Shown: one piece after another, positions 47,652 to 60,768 of the stretch
Layout of the letters: every line of letters starts with the position of its first letter
How positions within the stretch are numbered: the first letter of the stretch is position 1
Source: Amoebidium appalachense
Taxonomy: Eukaryota; Protista; Ichthyosporea
Assembly: GCA_963693365.1 (NCBI GenBank)
Contig: CAVNZM010000015.1
Location: forward strand, 2,728,001 to 2,792,000
Reading direction: 5' to 3'
DNA length: 64,000 nt
Position numbers and translations under genes: made by a program
Notes under the pieces: model-generated
Seen by the model: only the letters and a program-made list of their open reading frames with translations
Database searches by the model: none
What the model was told of the DNA's origin: nothing

Positions 47652-48040
47652 TGTTTTTGTCAGTATGTGCACATGTGTGTGTGTGTGTCAGTCATGGTGT
47701 GCACATTCGCAAGCACATGCACATGCACATGCGCAACACACGCACGCACACAAACACACACACACATGCACACACCGACAATAAATAACAGCAACACTCA
47801 CGTCAAAACATACATACATGCTTAGTTGGTGGTGGTGGTGATGGTGGTGATGGTGGTGGTGGTGGTGGTGGCGGACAGGGGGGGGGAGGGGGGAGGGCTC
47901 ATCCTTGCAACCACATAATATGCTCGGGGACTTGAACCAACCAATGTGCTGCTCTTGTGGGCCAGCCCAGTATTAGGGGTAACCTATAAAGGGGAATTCC
48001 GGATTGTGCCTCGGTGTTCTACCTTGCTCCCTCCCTCCCC

Positions 48041-48075
<35 letters not shown>

Positions 48076-50427
48076 ACCCCCCCTCTCTCTCTCCCTCCTC
48101 TCTCCCTCCCCCCCCTCCCCCCCCCCCCTTCTCTCTCTCCCCCCCCCCCCCCCCAACCCTCCCCACCCTCCCCCCTCTCCCCCCTTCCCCCCCCCTCCAC
48201 CCCCCACGCTACCTCCCTTGTCTCTCCGTCCTCCCTTCCCAAAACCGTGCATGTTCTGCGAGCGCCACAGCATCATGTTTGAGGCACAGTTCGAAGAAAT
48301 GTGCATGCCATTGGGTGATCTCGTGATCATGTGGGGGACCCCACGCGGCAGGGGACAGATTTATCAAATTAGGAAAGGTGTGGGTATCCCATGCGATGGC
48401 ACTGTGTTTGTCATAGGTCTGGTGGTTGTTTATTTGTGGCCTGACACGACCGGTACAACCTCCCCTCCCCCTCCCCCCCCCCCTCCCCCCCCCCCCCCTT
48501 CCCCCCCCCTCCCTCCCCTCCCCCCCCCCCCCGTTTGTCCAATGTTTTGATATTTGGGATGGGACGTACGATTGGGTGATTCCAGATATGAGTCCGTATA
48601 GTTGCGTGACCGGCCACCCAGATTTTAGTTAGGTGTATGCTGTAACGATGGCAGCAATATTCCGACGGGTGCTGAACAGAGTATTATTCTGTAAGCTTAA
48701 CATGGTGGCGGGTGGTGACGAGGACGGTGGGCGGAGGGGAGAAGGGGGTTTGGGGTGGGGGAGCAGGAGGGAGGGGGGGGGGGGGGGGGGAAGGGCGGGG
48801 GAGGGGGAGAGGGGAGGGAAGGGAAGGGGAGGGGGGCAGGGACACATTGTCAAGTGGATCGAGAACACACAGTAACACACACACACATATGCCTTTCTTG
48901 TGCTCGGGTTTGCACAGTCTGCAATACTTCCGCACAGTCATGCACTTTGTATTCAGCTTCAGATTATGAGCCGACCTTTATACCAGAACGAGAGAGCCTG
49001 CCCAAGCCTGCAAGCCGCCAGACTTGGTCCAGTGCACTCCTAGTCGATGAGTTTCACGAGCTTGTGCAGTACATGATGCTTAGCCTATTTCTTTGCATCC
49101 AGGCTGCGACATACAGTGGAAGCATGGATGGGTCACCCAAATGTGACTAGTGCCGCTAACTCCATTAATGTTGCACATGTTTTTGGGTGCTTGATTGTGG
49201 GGGGAGGGGGAACTAGCAAATGTCTAATGACTCGGTGAAATTTTGTGCCTTTTTCCGGTACAGTTGTAGGCTGTACATGCATGTGACCATGCATATGATC
49301 TTAGCCCTTCAAGTTGTAAACAAAACCATTGATCCATAGCGCAGATGATGTAGAGCGCACCTTCGGTAAAGGCACAATACTTCTCATTCCAAAGTAAATG
49401 CTTGGAGTCCCGGAATTATCACAAAACAACGACACGTACCATGTTACGTATTTTACATTGGGTAAACAGCTGCTGCAAACACCACGAACGTCAACAACCA
49501 AATGTACTTGGTGTATATACGCGGTAGTAGCCTGGATGAAATGTCTCTGGTAGGGGGGGAGGGGGAGGGGGGGGCGGGAGAGGGATGGAGGGCGGGGGGA
49601 GGGGGGGGGGGGGGGGGGGGGGGGCGAGGTAAATGTTTGTAAGGTGCGGGGGGGGGGGGGGGGGGGGGGGGAGAAGCAAACGAGGCTTCTAATTGAGGGA
49701 GAGGGGTTGATTCACCATTTATACAATAATTCGAAAGACAAATGATACCGCCAGATCTGAAACCTCAAAAGGGGTCTTTAAGATGTTTATACACATCAAA
49801 CGTGTTACTAAATAGCTTGCAAGAATATCATAAACCTCTGATTATTTTAATAACTATACACCTTAAAACGTCGTAGGCCGCCTTCAGACAGGGCTCATTG
49901 CAATATACACTTTTTTGGAGTGAACACTATTTCAAACATTTTCTTTAAACAGAGTTGCACCATAGACACTTATAAAAATTTTAAGGACAAAAAAAGCCAT
50001 TTTCCTCGGCAGACTTCAAAACCCCCACCAATTATCAACCCATCACTTCAAGAAAAGAGCTCACTACCTGCCCATAGGCACACTTGCACGATAGTCGTGC
50101 AGAGAAACACCTTGACCTGTCTGGTGGTGCCCCTTGGCAGGCGGGCTCGGTGGGGTTGGAGGCATGCTGCAGGGAGGGAGATTGAGTGAGTGAGTGAGTG
50201 AGTGTGTGTGTGTGTGTGTGTGCCTATGTGTGTGTGTGTGTGTGCGTGTGTGTGTGTGTGTGTGCATTGGGGAGAAAGGGAGGGAGTAGGGGGGACAGTA
50301 AGCTTCCCCATTCACTTTGTGCCTCTAAAGACACAAACACCACTATAATAAAAATAGATTAGGGGTTGCTTAGTATATCCACAGGGGGGGGGGTGGGTGG
50401 GTGGGTGGGGTGGGTGGGTGGGTGGGT

Positions 50428-50460
<33 letters not shown>

Positions 50461-50966
50461 GGGCTGCGCATCTGACTAACACACGTGGCTAAAGAGCATC
50501 AACTGGCCACAGCACAGCCACTAAATTCAAGTGCGCATACACAGCAACAGTAAGACATATGAATGGAGAAATCCACGAAGAAGTTTTATTAGGTTGGTAC
50601 AAGGGAGGAAAGGAAGAGAGCCTCGCAGGGAGTTCACACGGCAAGGAAGTAGTCCCTCTCTATGTCCTTCTCCCTATCACACCCCATTCACGCGCGCGCG
50701 CGCGCACACACACACACACACAGACAGACAGACAGACAGACAGACACAATGCACACACACACACACCCACACAGACAGACACTGCAGACACATCACACAC
50801 GCACACACCCACCCACACACAAACACACACACACTCTCTCCCCCCCTCCCCTCCCCCCCCCCCCCCCCCCCCCCCTCCTCCTGCAAGTGTGTGCGTGCGT
50901 GCGTGCGCGTGTGTGTTTGTGTGTGCGCGTGCGCACGTGTGTGTGTGTGTGAGAAAAAGGCAAGGA

Positions 50967-50998
<32 letters not shown>

Positions 50999-51760
50999 GG
51001 GAGGGCTACCTGCCATAGGACATCTTATTATGCATAGATGGGGGGCTGTCAGATGTTAACTGCGACCCCTGGCCCTGTGGTGGCAGAGAAGAGAGAAAAG
51101 AAGGGGGAAAAAAAAAGGGGCGGGGGTGGGGGGGGTGGGGATTGAAAAAAATGTATTTAGTGAGTTAAATGGTTAAATGTGATTGAGGAGGCAGTTCATG
51201 GTTTATTTCTGAACAGGATGGGAAGGGGTAGTAGTTGGGTAAGAATGGAGTGTGTGTGTCTCTGTATTGGCAGCAAAAGCTGATGATCATGAAGTTAGGA
51301 GAATGCCGATCAAATATCGGCATTCTCCTATCTTCATCAGTCCCCCTCTTTTGTAAACAAATTATGTCAGAGAATGCCTGCGGAGCAGGGTGGGGTAGGG
51401 TTGGGTGGGTGGGTTGGTGGGTGGGTGGGGAGAGGGGGGGGGGAAGAGGGCGGGGGCGCTCAAGTCTCAAGGCATGCAGCAGAATCCCTGCCGAGTCCGG
51501 ATGACAACACACCTATTAAATTATGAAATGTGATCTTGTGTGCCCCCGGTGCCATTTTTGTTCTGGACTATCATCCAACACCATGGCATTTTGCTGCACA
51601 AAAGCAGGAGTGTGTTCCCTTGTGTGCCTTCAAACGAACACGAATTTTTGAGGTCCCGGTCGACGCGGCCTCCCATTGCAATTGATGCTCCCAGAGACGT
51701 GCATTCCTCTCTTTCTGTCTATGCACCAGGACACATGGGCATGTGAGAGACTGGGGGAAG
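39850..51760. pseudogene. Cluster of degenerate paralogous exon-like blocks in direct and inverted orientation
   Basis: Recurrent blocks: ctgcagcaggtctgc (39876, 45635, reverse complement 47540); gtggacaaactg.ccaatga (42826, 46243); tcgtcatttc.aaactt (43061, 46479); ttcagcttcagattatgag (48952, reverse complement 44530); cttgattgtggg (several). Frames are broken by stops, and blocks are separated by intron-like poly-G/(CA)n tracts. Confidence 0.55.
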
Positions 51761-51823
51761 GATGCCCCTTTTTCATTTGTCACTTTTGTTACGTACATTT
51801 GCGGCGAGGGGGAGGGGGGGGGG

Positions 51824-51863
<40 letters not shown>

Positions 51864-52859
51864 AGGTGGGGGGGGGGGGGGGGGGGGGGGAGGAAGAGGG
51901 AAGTGTCACCTCCACCTCTGCAAGGTCGTCCAGACAGCTGCAGGCACTACATATGCAGTCTAAAAGCGCACTCATAGCAAACCATATGTCCTCACGGTCT
52001 TAAAGTGTAAGGACGGCAAAGAATAAAACCAACAATAAAAAAGTGTATGCAAGGCTGGTGGCAGCCAATGGTGACTTCTCTGCCTTGGTCGGGAGTTCTG
52101 TGGGTTGGGAAATTCAACAACGAGCAACGATTGGGTAGTGTTTATTTGTGCCCAGAGATATGTACGTCGCTCGTGTGACTGCGAGACCATCTGGCCTATG
52201 ACTCCGTGCTAACTGACACTTGAGTGTTACCACCGGAGCAACATGAAAGTAGCGAACAAACGTACAAAACAAAAAAAAATTGACTGACAAGACTGACTCA
52301 CTGATGGTCGGACACAGAGTGGTTTATTGACCGTGAGCAATCGCAGAGCCTTTTCGATCTCAAAAGTAGATTTTATGACGGCGTCAATACTGTAGACGGC
52401 TAAGTTCATCAAAAAGAATACCCTAAGTACTTAGATCGTCAAAAGTTTTTAAATCGTTAGATCGCATTGAGCGCGGGGCCGAGTCAGGATTGCAACCGTC
52501 ACACGACGTCCGAGGCGCTCAGTCGGACTTTCGAGTGCAGACGAAGTGGCTGCGAAAAACGTACGTTGGCCTACATGTGTGCATGCAGTTAGAGGGGAGA
52601 AAACCACAAGTTAATTAGCTAGTTTCGCTTTAGATATTGGTCTCTCAAACCGCTAGTTGTTAGGAAAATCAACAGCTTGTACTGGCTCCGATTCCTCTCC
52701 CCCCCAACTTTTTTCTGTAATCTTCACTCTTCGTTTACCGTAGGCTACCTGTGGTTAGAACCCGAGTCAGCACTAATCACTGCACACACACACTCGAGCA
52801 AAAGGCACGCACTGCACACACGTACACATTGTTACGCAAAGCACAAACACACATTAAAC

Positions 52860-54281
52860 ATGTACGCTGTACTAGCAGGGGGCACTCCCATAGGTGAAAC
52901 CACCGATGGTGCAGCAGCCACCTACGACCACCACTCCCACGCCTACCTCCCAAACAGGTACGCGGACGAACATGGGGAAATTAATCTACGAGCATACGAA
53001 CAACAGCAAGCACAGGCGCACGTCGGTGCTGAATACCACCCCTTTCACGTTCCGGGGCACATCGAGCATTTGGGTCATGATGTAAACATACCCACTCACG
53101 CAAACCCAGAAACTTTAGTCCAGGATGTAGAGGATAGTGGGGCGAGGCGGAGGAAGAAACACAAGAAGCATGATCCAGCAGTTGTGCGAGAGTTGCTTGC
53201 ACGCGTGGAAAGGTCCGAGCTGAGTCTGCGCGGCGCCGCGCGCTTAGCGGGCATACCACACTCCACTATGCTTGGATACAAAAAAAACCCAAACACCATC
53301 GAAGCTGGAATAGGTGCGCGTTGCGTGCTCTCAGCGGAGAACGAACTTGGGTTAGGTAGGGCGTTGACTGCGCTTACGGCCAATGGCGTACACGTGACCA
53401 GAAACGATTTGGTCAGAAGTGTCGCGCACTTGGCACGCAACAGGGGTCGCCCATTTCCTACAAAAGACGGGAAACCGGGGGCAGCATGGTGGGAGGGATT
53501 CTGCAAACGAAGCGCGAAATCGGGGTTTTCAACGGCTGTTACACCACCCAGCAACACGCCGGCGGCTAAACTCAAGCAGTTGCTTTTGGACCGGCCGGAC
53601 GATACTTTGAAGCAACATGTGGAGTTGTTAGAGACGTTGATAAATGAGCACCAGAAGGCATTGGATGTGGTTTTTCTTCTGGCGTGTTCGGCGGAGACTG
53701 ACATTCTGCAAATGCGAATTGCGCCAGAGCAGACAGCAGTGCAAGAAGAAACACTCGAGGGGTCGTTTGCGCAGCAGCCATCGGCGCATGACCAATCAGG
53801 GCCCGCGTCGCTTCTCTATTCGCAGGAGAACATGGAAAACACAGAACCACCCCCCATTCCTTTGGTTTCCGAGTCTTCCGAGCGCGGGGATGCGATGGAG
53901 CATGATGATTACCCGGCCCTACCCGAACTGAACCAGGCGCAGGAGCACACGGAAGTGCACACGGAGCACACAGAGGCGGACGTGCCTGTGACTGTCACGG
54001 AACACACACACCCCGACCCCCCTCCGCTGCCCAACCCGCGGGAGATGAGGACGCAGCTAACAAAAGGGGGTTCTAAACGTAGGGCGAAAATGGGCCTGGC
54101 AGGAAGGATGATAACACCGGGGGAGACAGGTGTTGCTGGGTTGCAGGAGCATCTAGATGAAAGCCTTGCCTTGTTGGGGGAGGGGGGTGATGGGGTGACT
54201 ACGAGCGCGCTTAGTTTGCATCCATCGTATAGGTACTTCCAGAAAAAGGCCATGGGTATGAACTTTACTTATACCTCCTAG
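52860..54281 (+). CDS. Intronless HTH protein with psq-type and CENP-B-type DNA-binding domains (pogo/Tigger-transposase-derived; no DDE domain seen)
   Basis: Long open frame from ATG 52860. It contains RRRKKHKK (NLS-like), LSLRGAARLAGIPHSTML (HTH), LSAENELGL...GVHVTRNDL...PGAAWWEGFCKR (CENP-B-type HTH) and an acidic, probably disordered C-terminus. Confidence 0.8.
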   Translation: MYAVLAGGTPIGETTDGAAATYDHHSHAYLPNRYADEHGEINLRAYEQQQAQAHVGAEYHPFHVPGHIEHLGHDVNIPTHANPETLVQDVEDSGARRRKKHKKHDPAVVRELLARVERSELSLRGAARLAGIPHSTMLGYKKNPNTIEAGIGARCVLSAENELGLGRALTALTANGVHVTRNDLVRSVAHLARNRGRPFPTKDGKPGAAWWEGFCKRSAKSGFSTAVTPPSNTPAAKLKQLLLDRPDDTLKQHVELLETLINEHQKALDVVFLLACSAETDILQMRIAPEQTAVQEETLEGSFAQQPSAHDQSGPASLLYSQENMENTEPPPIPLVSESSERGDAMEHDDYPALPELNQAQEHTEVHTEHTEADVPVTVTEHTHPDPPPLPNPREMRTQLTKGGSKRRAKMGLAGRMITPGETGVAGLQEHLDESLALLGEGGDGVTTSALSLHPSYRYFQKKAMGMNFTYTS

Positions 54282-56041
54282 CTGAGCTGCCTTTTCTTCC
54301 TTATTTGCTACCGGGTAGCCCGCTTTTTTTCCCCCCTGTTGCTCTCTTTCCTTCCTTCCTTCCTTCCTTTTTGCTTCCCCCCCCCCCCCCCCCCCCCCTG
54401 GTCTTTTGGTCTGAACGTTGTGTGTAAACCGCTACCCAGGCTGTGAATGAGGTTCAACACTTGCAGTTTATTGCATATGCCTGCCAGCCATGTTCTTGAG
54501 CATGTAGGGTGCAAAGAACCCATCTTTTAGTCAATAGAGGTGGAGCAGTAGCAGCTGTGAGTGTCTCTTCCGCTCTATCCCCCCCCCCCTCCCCCCCCCC
54601 CTCCCCTCTTCCCCCTTCTTATTTCGTTTACACATTCTAGCTTCATTACTGTATGTACATACTACGAAAGGCCCGAGGGTCTGATTGAGGGTGTCTGTTG
54701 CTTGATTGCTCGAATGGCCCAGTCAAATGTCGGTAACAATTCATGTACACACACATGTTGGTGTGCACACGTACGAATACACAAACACAAACACTCGGAG
54801 GGAGGGAGGAGGGTGGGGAGGGGAGGGGGGGAGAGGGGGGAGGAAGAGGGGCAGGCCCTGGGGGGCTTGTACAAGTCGAAGCTTGTTTGATAGAAACTAT
54901 TGTGAATGGAAAATGATAAATGGTAAATAAATTGCCCCGAGCCTCACAGCATGGGTGGACCAAATGCCTTCTCCTCGAGGCCGAAACCACACATTCGTGT
55001 GCAGCACTCTTTCAACGGTGCAGGTCTCTCAGGTGCAAGAATACTCTGAATCCCGTACACCAACCAATTGCAGGTAGCTATGTACGAGGTATACGGCGCC
55101 ACAGCTTGGCTTTACATGTACAATAAACAACAAGAGGCCCGACGTAGCGAACAACACATACTCACACACCCTTGTTCATCTTCCGCCGGCCGTGAGTAAA
55201 CTCAACCGGTGAACTTGGGCGAAGTCCGAGTGTAGTTGGTGAAGTGGTCTGTGCCGCCGCACGGTGATCGCTCATCGTACAGTACTCAGGCATCCAAGCA
55301 CACATGAGCTGCACACATGCACAAACCCACAGTCAAACACACGCAGCTAGGCAAACATGCACAAAGCACACACGCTGGCGCAGTTGACAAGTATGGAGAC
55401 TCCACTTCATATACTCGTTGATCTTCATGTGGTACCACGGCCAAAGCCAAATCTCACGGTGAGATGGTGCACTTGTAGGCAGCGTAAGACAGCGGCGCCG
55501 CCGGCAGCGCACTATCATCCCTCAGTGGCCCCACTTATGTATGCCACGGTACAAGTTGAAGGTGGCTTGAAGGTGCCTGCTTGCTATTGGCGGAACAGCA
55601 AAGAATTATTTTTAGGTAATACCATATATGGTGGATCCAACCATTTTATTGGCTATAATTCTCGTTTTTGGTTGCGCAAACGTGGAGATCCAAATAAACG
55701 AACTGCTTCATCGAGCTCGCTTTTCACTTTTCAGACTTCACCGAGACTGTCAAACAGCAGAGCCTACGGTAGGGGACTATACCAGTTTGTATACACACGT
55801 ATATCCCAGCAGGGAAGAGAGTACGGATAAAATAAAACATTCAACCAGAAGCCGTTTGGGCGTCATGCAATTGCTTCTACATCTCGCGTGAGCAAGCATT
55901 ATGCCTAGAGGGAATAGGGCTACTTTCTGACACACAAACAGGCAAGTTGCTAGCTAAAACGTGTCAAGTCATGTGGAAGCGTCGGCTTTTTCGCTGATTT
56001 TGGCATGGTTAAGAGGGAGTCGTTGGAGATAAGCCACGAAA

Positions 56042-56278
56042 ATGGAGAAGTTTTTGAGGAATTATGATGTCATCGACACGGGACCAACAGACAGAGATCC
56101 CAGGTATGCGAGTGGGCGAGTGCATGTGTGTGTGGTGTGCCCGTGTATGTGTTTGAATATCTCTCTCCTTGTGCATGTGTGTGTATACTGGCAGTTCATT
56201 TAAGGTTATATGGATGTCAACGCCTGCTTTGCCATGTTTGTACGTGTGCGCTCTCAGGCATGCGTTTGTGTGTGTGTG

Positions 56279-56310
<32 letters not shown>

Positions 56311-57873
56311 TGCGTGTGTGTGAGTATGAAGGAGCTAGTGAGCGTGGGATTGTGTACCCCTTGCACTCATTGTATTTGTGTGTGTGTGTGTGTGTGTGTC
56401 TGTGTGTGTGTTATTTGTGATGTGATTATGGTGTAACTATATGTTTGTGTGCTGTTTCATCATTTGTTATGCACAAGTTCGGGGTTGTCAAGTGTCAGTA
56501 ATAGTGCAATCTTACAAGTCTCACGTGCTCAAGTGTCAGTTTTTTTGTGTCCGTGTTGAATGAGCCCGGAAGGGTTCACATCCGTGACCTATAGCACTTC
56601 GTCCCGTTGAGCCCTTGCTTTCGAATTGTTTAAAGTCTGAAGCAAATCGCCACCTGACATTTTTCTTTACCAACATTCCTGCCCCCCACCCCCTCTCCCC
56701 CCCCTCGTCCCCCCCCCCCCCCCCCTCCCCCCCCCCCCCCTCCCCCCCCCCTCCCCCCCCCCCCCTTCCGCCCCCCCTCCCCCCCCCCCTCCTCCCTTCC
56801 CCCCTCCCGGCCAACCACCACTACCAGCACCACACACAAACAAACTATCTGGCTGTGTGTCTGTCAGAGCCCAAGTTGACTTCTGGTTTTCTGTAAGCTC
56901 TCTTGGAGAGTAGACTTGTTCTTTGTGCATGTCATCATCTCTCCCTTGTCTTTCAATTGTGTTGACACTCTGAGGGCTGCAGGAAGGACACGGCCAACTG
57001 GAAGAAGGACCGAATAGCAGCCTGCAGATACCTCTGTGACGCAACACTGCAGGCAAACACGAGGTATGCCCATGTCGCCTGGTATTTAACATAAAATAAA
57101 TAAAAATAAAAATAAAAATAAAAAGAAACAAAAAAGGAAATAAATAATAATAATAGAAAACCATTCACCCACCAAAAAGATTTGATGGAATCACGAAAAC
57201 GAGGAAACGGGTCATTTGAAATGCAAGCAATTGGTCAGCCCATTATATAATGAACTGTCGGTGCAGGATAGGGTTAAGTAGGCTCCCCCCCCCCCCCCCC
57301 CCGAAACCCGCGTATGCGGGCTCAGGGGCCGAAACTCAGACACAATTGGTGACTTGGGCCGTCCCTGAGGATTGTCTCTGCTTATGATGCATACTGTGCG
57401 CATGGCTGATGTTGCATACTTGAATGTTTGCCTTTGCATGTGTCCTGCACCATGCTTTTCATCGTGTATGTGTACTTCGTACCGATTTCCGCATTCAATA
57501 CCCCCCTTCCCCCCCCCTCCCCCCAACCTTTTTTTTTCTTTTTCTAAGCCCTTTTATGACCCCCCCCCCCCCCCAGCCCCTCACTCAATAAATGACCCAA
57601 CCAACCACATCCCCAGCTCTGCCCCCGAGGCCAAAACTTTTCTAAGTAAGACCGTTGAGGGTCTGCTGCGTGGTTTCAATGATTCGGACAGTGACGTGCG
57701 ATTGGCTGCCGATGAGTGCCTCAACAGGGTTATAAATGTATATGCCCCCCCCCCCCTCCCCCCCCCCCCCAAAAAAAAAAAAAGTAAAATAAAATAAAAT
57801 AAAAGACCCCCCCCTGCTGAAAAAAAAAGGGGGGGGAGAATAATAAAAAAGACCCCCCCGGCCAAAAAGGTGT

Positions 57874-57904
<31 letters not shown>

Positions 57905-59583
57905 GGGGGGGGGGGAGGGCGGTGGGGGTGGTGGGGAGAAGAAAAGAAAAGGGAAAAAAAAACAACGAAAAAAAAAAGAAAGAAAAGAGGAAAACAAAAA
58001 ACAATAGCAAAAACAAAATAATACAGAAACATTTTTTTTTTTTTTTTTTTTTTGTGCTCAGAAAGAGTAGGAGGAAGGCTGAAGCGATCGGGACGCACAC
58101 GCAGGTCGGGGAGAGGGGGGGGGGGGGGGGGGGGGAGGGAGGGGGGGGGATGGGGAGGATGGGCGGAGGGGGGGGAAGGGGGGGAGGGGGGGGGGGAGGG
58201 GCAGAGGATGGAGAGCAGGGGAAGCTGGTAGGGGAATAAAGGAAAAAAGAAATAGATAGTGTGAAGTCGCTTGGACTCGCTTAGAGTAGGAACTTAGCAT
58301 ATTTGTTTTTAGAACTTGCGGAGAACTAGTATTAGCCAGCCCTTTTTTTGTTTGGGGGACTTGAACTGATCAAGAAGTTATCATCGTGGCTTGTTTAAAA
58401 ATTCAGTACAGAGACTTGACACCCCCCCCCCCCCCCCCCTCCTCCCCCTCCCCCTCCGATTACTCCACCTCGCTTCTCCCTCCATTAGCCCCACAAGCTA
58501 TATCTTTAGAAGGTGACCATCATTGATCCGTATTTCGGGGGGGGGGAGGGGGGGGGGGGGGTTCAGCAGAGAAACGGGGCTTGCACATATATCGGCTAGC
58601 GCAAAATAAGTGAGGATATCTGTGTCAATGTATCCAGATATATACTACGTTACAGCGTGGGGGTTATGGCCTAACATTTCACACCCAGGTAACCATATTC
58701 CCTTTTTTAGTGCTCATGGCTCCCCCATTAGTTACCATAATACCGGGATTTCGGATGTCTCTTAAACCTCATTTATGGGGGTTTATTTCCAGGGCTTGCT
58801 GGAGACCCACGTGTACTCCCTTCAGGTCGAGCTATACAAGGAAATCAAGAAGGTAACGAGGGATCTGTTGCTTCTGCTGTACCCCCTTTTAAATATCCCT
58901 TTTGATAAGTCCGAGGAAAACAGAGAAGATAACGAGGGGCCTGTTGTTTGCTGGGTGGCCTTTTGATCAACCCCGTTAATGTTCCAGAGATATGAAAAAG
59001 GTTATGAGATGTCAGTTTGCTGCTTCATTGTCTTTTCTGTCATAGAGGTTTGGATGGACTCGACATAGTCCAATCTCTTATGTCTTTCGTTATTTTTTCC
59101 CTCTCCCTTTACTTGTTTGTCTTTCATTTGTTTTTTAGACACTTTCCGTGCATGCAGATGTCGGCTTTAGGATTTCATGTCCAAATGCTAAAATAACAAA
59201 GCTTGTTGCTAGGTTCTTTTAACACTGGTCACCACAAGGCAGGTAACGGTTGAAGATTTCAGTTTTCTGACCACATATATCTCACCAATATTTTCAAATT
59301 ATTTTTTTTCCCCGCTACACCTATCGCAGGTGGATGCTAGCATGACAGTCACCAACCACTCTTCTTTTTTAGCCATGCAAGCACACACAGTCCAATCATA
59401 TCTGTTCATTAGAAAACTCAAAACCCCCCACAGATAAAGCCACCCATACGCCCTCTGCGTGCCGCCTTGACCAAGTTTGCTGAATTGGCCCCCCTCACCC
59501 GCGCCACCAAGGGTCCGGCCTTTGAAAAATATTTGATTCCAGCCCTGGTGGCTGTGATGAAGAGAAATGACGATGAATCACTA

Positions 59584-59629
<46 letters not shown>

Positions 59630-59764
59630 TAACTACCCCCCCCCCCCCCCCTCCCCCGTCCCATGCCTCCCCCTCCCCCCTCCCTTCCCTCTTCCTTCTC
59701 CCCCATTCCCTTGTACCCTCCCCATCAAAGGCACACACACACACCGTACAATGCACACGGACAT

Positions 59765-59801
<37 letters not shown>

Positions 59802-59847
59802 CACACACACGCACGCACACACACACACACACCCACACCCACCCACA

Positions 59848-59884
<37 letters not shown>

Positions 59885-60353
59885 CCACATACCCCAATCC
59901 CCCTCCCCCTCCTTTCCACCCACCATACATACACATCTACCCGCAACATGAATACTGACTACTTTTTTATAGTAGAAAATGCACAAAAACCCCCCAAAAC
60001 CTTACCCACATGCCCGCTTTGTTGTCCTTGTAAAGGCTTTCCTTTCCTTTTGGAGGGTAGGGAAGGGAGGTGGGGTGAGGTGAGAGAGAGGTAGGACGGT
60101 GGGGTTCAGATAGAGGTCGGTAATGAATAAGGATTTGCTCACGGAAAAACGCTGAATACATCGTCTCTCTACTTCCACCGCTCCTCCTTCTCTCTCCCCT
60201 TTCCCCCCCCCTCTCCCCCTCTCCGATCATATCTATGCCGTATCCACGCACACATCTGTGCCCCCCCTTCCCCCCCCCCCCCTTCCCCCTCTCCCCCCCC
60301 CCCTTCCCCCCCCCCCCCCCCCCGCCCCCATATACACCCACACCCACACCCAT

Positions 60354-60386
<33 letters not shown>

Positions 60387-60569
60387 CACACACACACACA
60401 CACACACACATACAGGAAACCATGCGCCAGACGTGTAAGCGTATCATCGGTGTGTTTGGGGTCTACTTCACTCACGAGAACACCCTCCTAGTTCTTGATG
60501 CTGCACTGGCAAACATTGCCAGCCAATCCCCTGTCGTCAGGCGCAGTGGCTGTGCCGTACTGGGTATAA

Positions 60570-60604
<35 letters not shown>

Positions 60605-60737
60605 CTTCCTTGTATTGCCTGGGATTGGAGTGGAAGGGACAGGATTTTATGGTGTAGTTGAAGAATTGAAACAAAATTGAGCCGTGTACCTGGCCAGCGA
60701 TTAGTGGTGGTGGTGGTGGTGATGGTGGTACGCGTGT

Positions 60738-60768
<31 letters not shown>

